Source: Macrostomum lignano
Taxonomy: Eukaryota
Assembly: GCA_002269645.1 (NCBI GenBank)
Contig: NIVC01004018.1
Coordinates: 1-64,000, forward strand
Direction: 5' to 3'
Length of the DNA stretch: 64,000 bases
Shown: positions 61,771 to 64,000 of the stretch, piece by piece
How positions within the stretch are numbered: the first letter of the stretch is position 1
How the letters are laid out: every line of letters begins with the position of its first letter
Notes under the pieces: generated by a model
Told to the model about the DNA's origin: nothing
What the model saw: the letters and a program-made list of their open reading frames with translations, nothing else
The model's database searches: none
Program-made: the position numbers and the translations under genes

Positions 61771-64000
61771 ATTACATGTTAGTCGAGTCTGCGCTTTCCG
61801 TACTGTTTGTATTATAATTTAATATCTGTTACGTACAATATTACGCAGAAGTAAGGTCCAATAGGTGCATATTTACTCAATAGCAAGCTTATTGACCGTC
61901 GGATTTACTGTATGTACAATGTACACGTACAAGTATTATTACTATTAGTAGACTGCCTAATGTGCCTATAACCATCGACATTAAATCGTTTATTTTTTCA
62001 AAATCACAGCAATCACAGCTGCATATGTAAACCCCGCTGAAAAGTCATCTGGTTGGTGTAACAAACTTCCGACAGACGCCCTAAGCAGCGTTTTATCTTC
62101 GGTTGTAGCTATTCCCAATCTTTTCTAAAAACGATCCCGTCTCCCAATGACGGCGGAGCTCCTGTACTCCTGTAAAGCTGCTTATAGATTTTTACCATGA
62201 CTAGGCACGCACGAATTTCTTTCGATTAAACTGAAGTAAAAATTGTGTTTAACTAGCCCAATTACAATTTGCAGATAACAGATCGTTATTCAATAACTTA
62301 TTGTTTTGATTTTAAACTTTTGTTAGCAACGGGTGAGAGACCTCACGACAGAAGTTTATGCGATTTTGAAGATTTAAAATCGATAGGATTATAAAATAAT
62401 TATCCTGGAATTAAAAATGGAAATAGACATGGTAACTTCAAAACACAGCACAAAGCATTGCATATACTAAAACTAACTGTGACTGAAGTAGTTTCTTGTA
62501 TCTATCAAAAGCTGTGTGATTTATTTAGAAGAAATGATTAAAACCAAATTTCACCAACTTGTCAATGTTTATCGTTGATGATATTATTATTATCATTATT
62601 AATATTGATCTCTTGATATTAATTATTATGGTCCATCACAAACATATTGCCTTGGACTTGGCCTATTTTAGAGCAAACGTCAAATGGTGGAGACACCATT
62701 GCGGCATTTCTAGGCACATAGGTGCATAAGGTGAAAAATGCACCTGTATACCTACAAGTTTAGGAACTTTTTGACATAGATAGCCCTACAAAACTCAAAG
62801 AAGTCCTTGGCTTTAGTAAAGTTATTAACTCGTCAACAAGTCAATTTACTATACTAGTCAACAAAAATGTTCTACATTGAATAGACTCTTTTAATCTAAA
62901 GCTAGACTAGGCCTAGCCACCCTAGCCTAGCTTACTAGCATATGTGTGTGCCAAAAGCTAGTAGTGACAACAAAAGCAGAACTTTTTAGCAATAAAAATT
63001 TTTTGTTTAGTAGATTGCCTATTGAAACATTGCATATATATATACACAATGTATGCTATGTATATATATGCTATGCAGAGTAGAAGCAGATGCTAACTAA
63101 GATACAAACTTATTTAATAGGCCTAATTTGTAACCATGCAAGCAATTTTTGCAAAAGTTCTCACCATTGTAGATTTAATTTAAGTCATATAAAGACCTAT
63201 AATTGCTCCAATAGAGTAGGCTATTAAAAGTGTTATAGATAGACCTGAGTCAATGAGTTGTTAAAGTAGAAACATTATTTATAGGCTAGGCTAAGCCTAG
63301 GTCATTATATATACATTTAGGGTTATGGCTTAGTAGGCCTATATTTTGGTTAATAGGGGCCTAATCCAAAAACATAGATTAAACTGCAATAGGCCTAGAT
63401 CTTGTTATTGATAAAACAAACAGATCTTATTATTAAAAGAATTATTTTATTCTTAATTTTTATATTTGTATATAGTCTTAAATCAATATAACCCATTTGG
63501 CATTAGCAATCTTCAAGAATCATTTATTTAATTTAAATGTGTGCTAAATTTGTACCAACTATAATAAAAAATATAGAAATGATATTTATAGGATAAAAAG
63601 CTGCATATAGCATAGTCAAAACAAAGGCAAAAAAAGTGAAAAATGATTTTCTATACAACTATAGTAAACTGAAGAAAAGGCACAAAGAAGCTTCAAATTC
63701 TTGCTATTGATTTTTTGCTAGATTTCTTATCTTATTATTATATAGTCTAGCACTATAGCCATAGGCCTAATATTGTAAACCATTGGCTAGGGCCTATACT
63801 TTGTAAATTTGCAAGATGAAACAAATTATATAAATCTTATTAAAAAGCACATAGGTTTATGTCAAAGCTTGCTTCTATACAATGCATGGTATAAGTACTA
63901 CATTCTATGAGTTGCATCTTAAAGAGTTCCTCTAGCACAAGATATATCCACAAATATATTTTAATAATATATATTAGATTAAGTATTATTACCTTGAATA

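Overview
Eukaryotic, repeat-rich metazoan DNA. GT-AG introns, minisatellite-filled introns and the TE spectrum resemble a free-living flatworm such as Macrostomum, but that assignment is inference only. I reconstructed two intact host genes on the + strand, each with 4 exons: a Ctr/SLC31 copper transporter (23372-24959, 187 aa) and a class A peptide GPCR (45886-49986, 396 aa). Most of the rest is mobile DNA. A full-length hAT (2966-6776) has an intact transposase and a MITE inserted upstream of it. A 7.6-kb foldback/MULE-like element (7549-15159, 9-bp TSD) holds a solo LTR, a P-like MITE that itself contains a hAT MITE, and a decayed LOA/R1-group LINE. An 8.7-kb EnSpm/CACTA element (33490-42179) has its transposase split by a single -1 frameshift at a U_UUU_UUA heptamer. 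There are also mariner, piggyBac, CR1-like and possible pogo relics, a tRNA-derived SINE family, a second solo LTR, several MITEs and about 20 tandem arrays. The most notable find is a fully foldable HDV-like ribozyme candidate (11375-11515) at the 5' end of the LINE, with a compensatory A-U pair in P1.1. All analysis was by eye; no database searches or folding programs were run.
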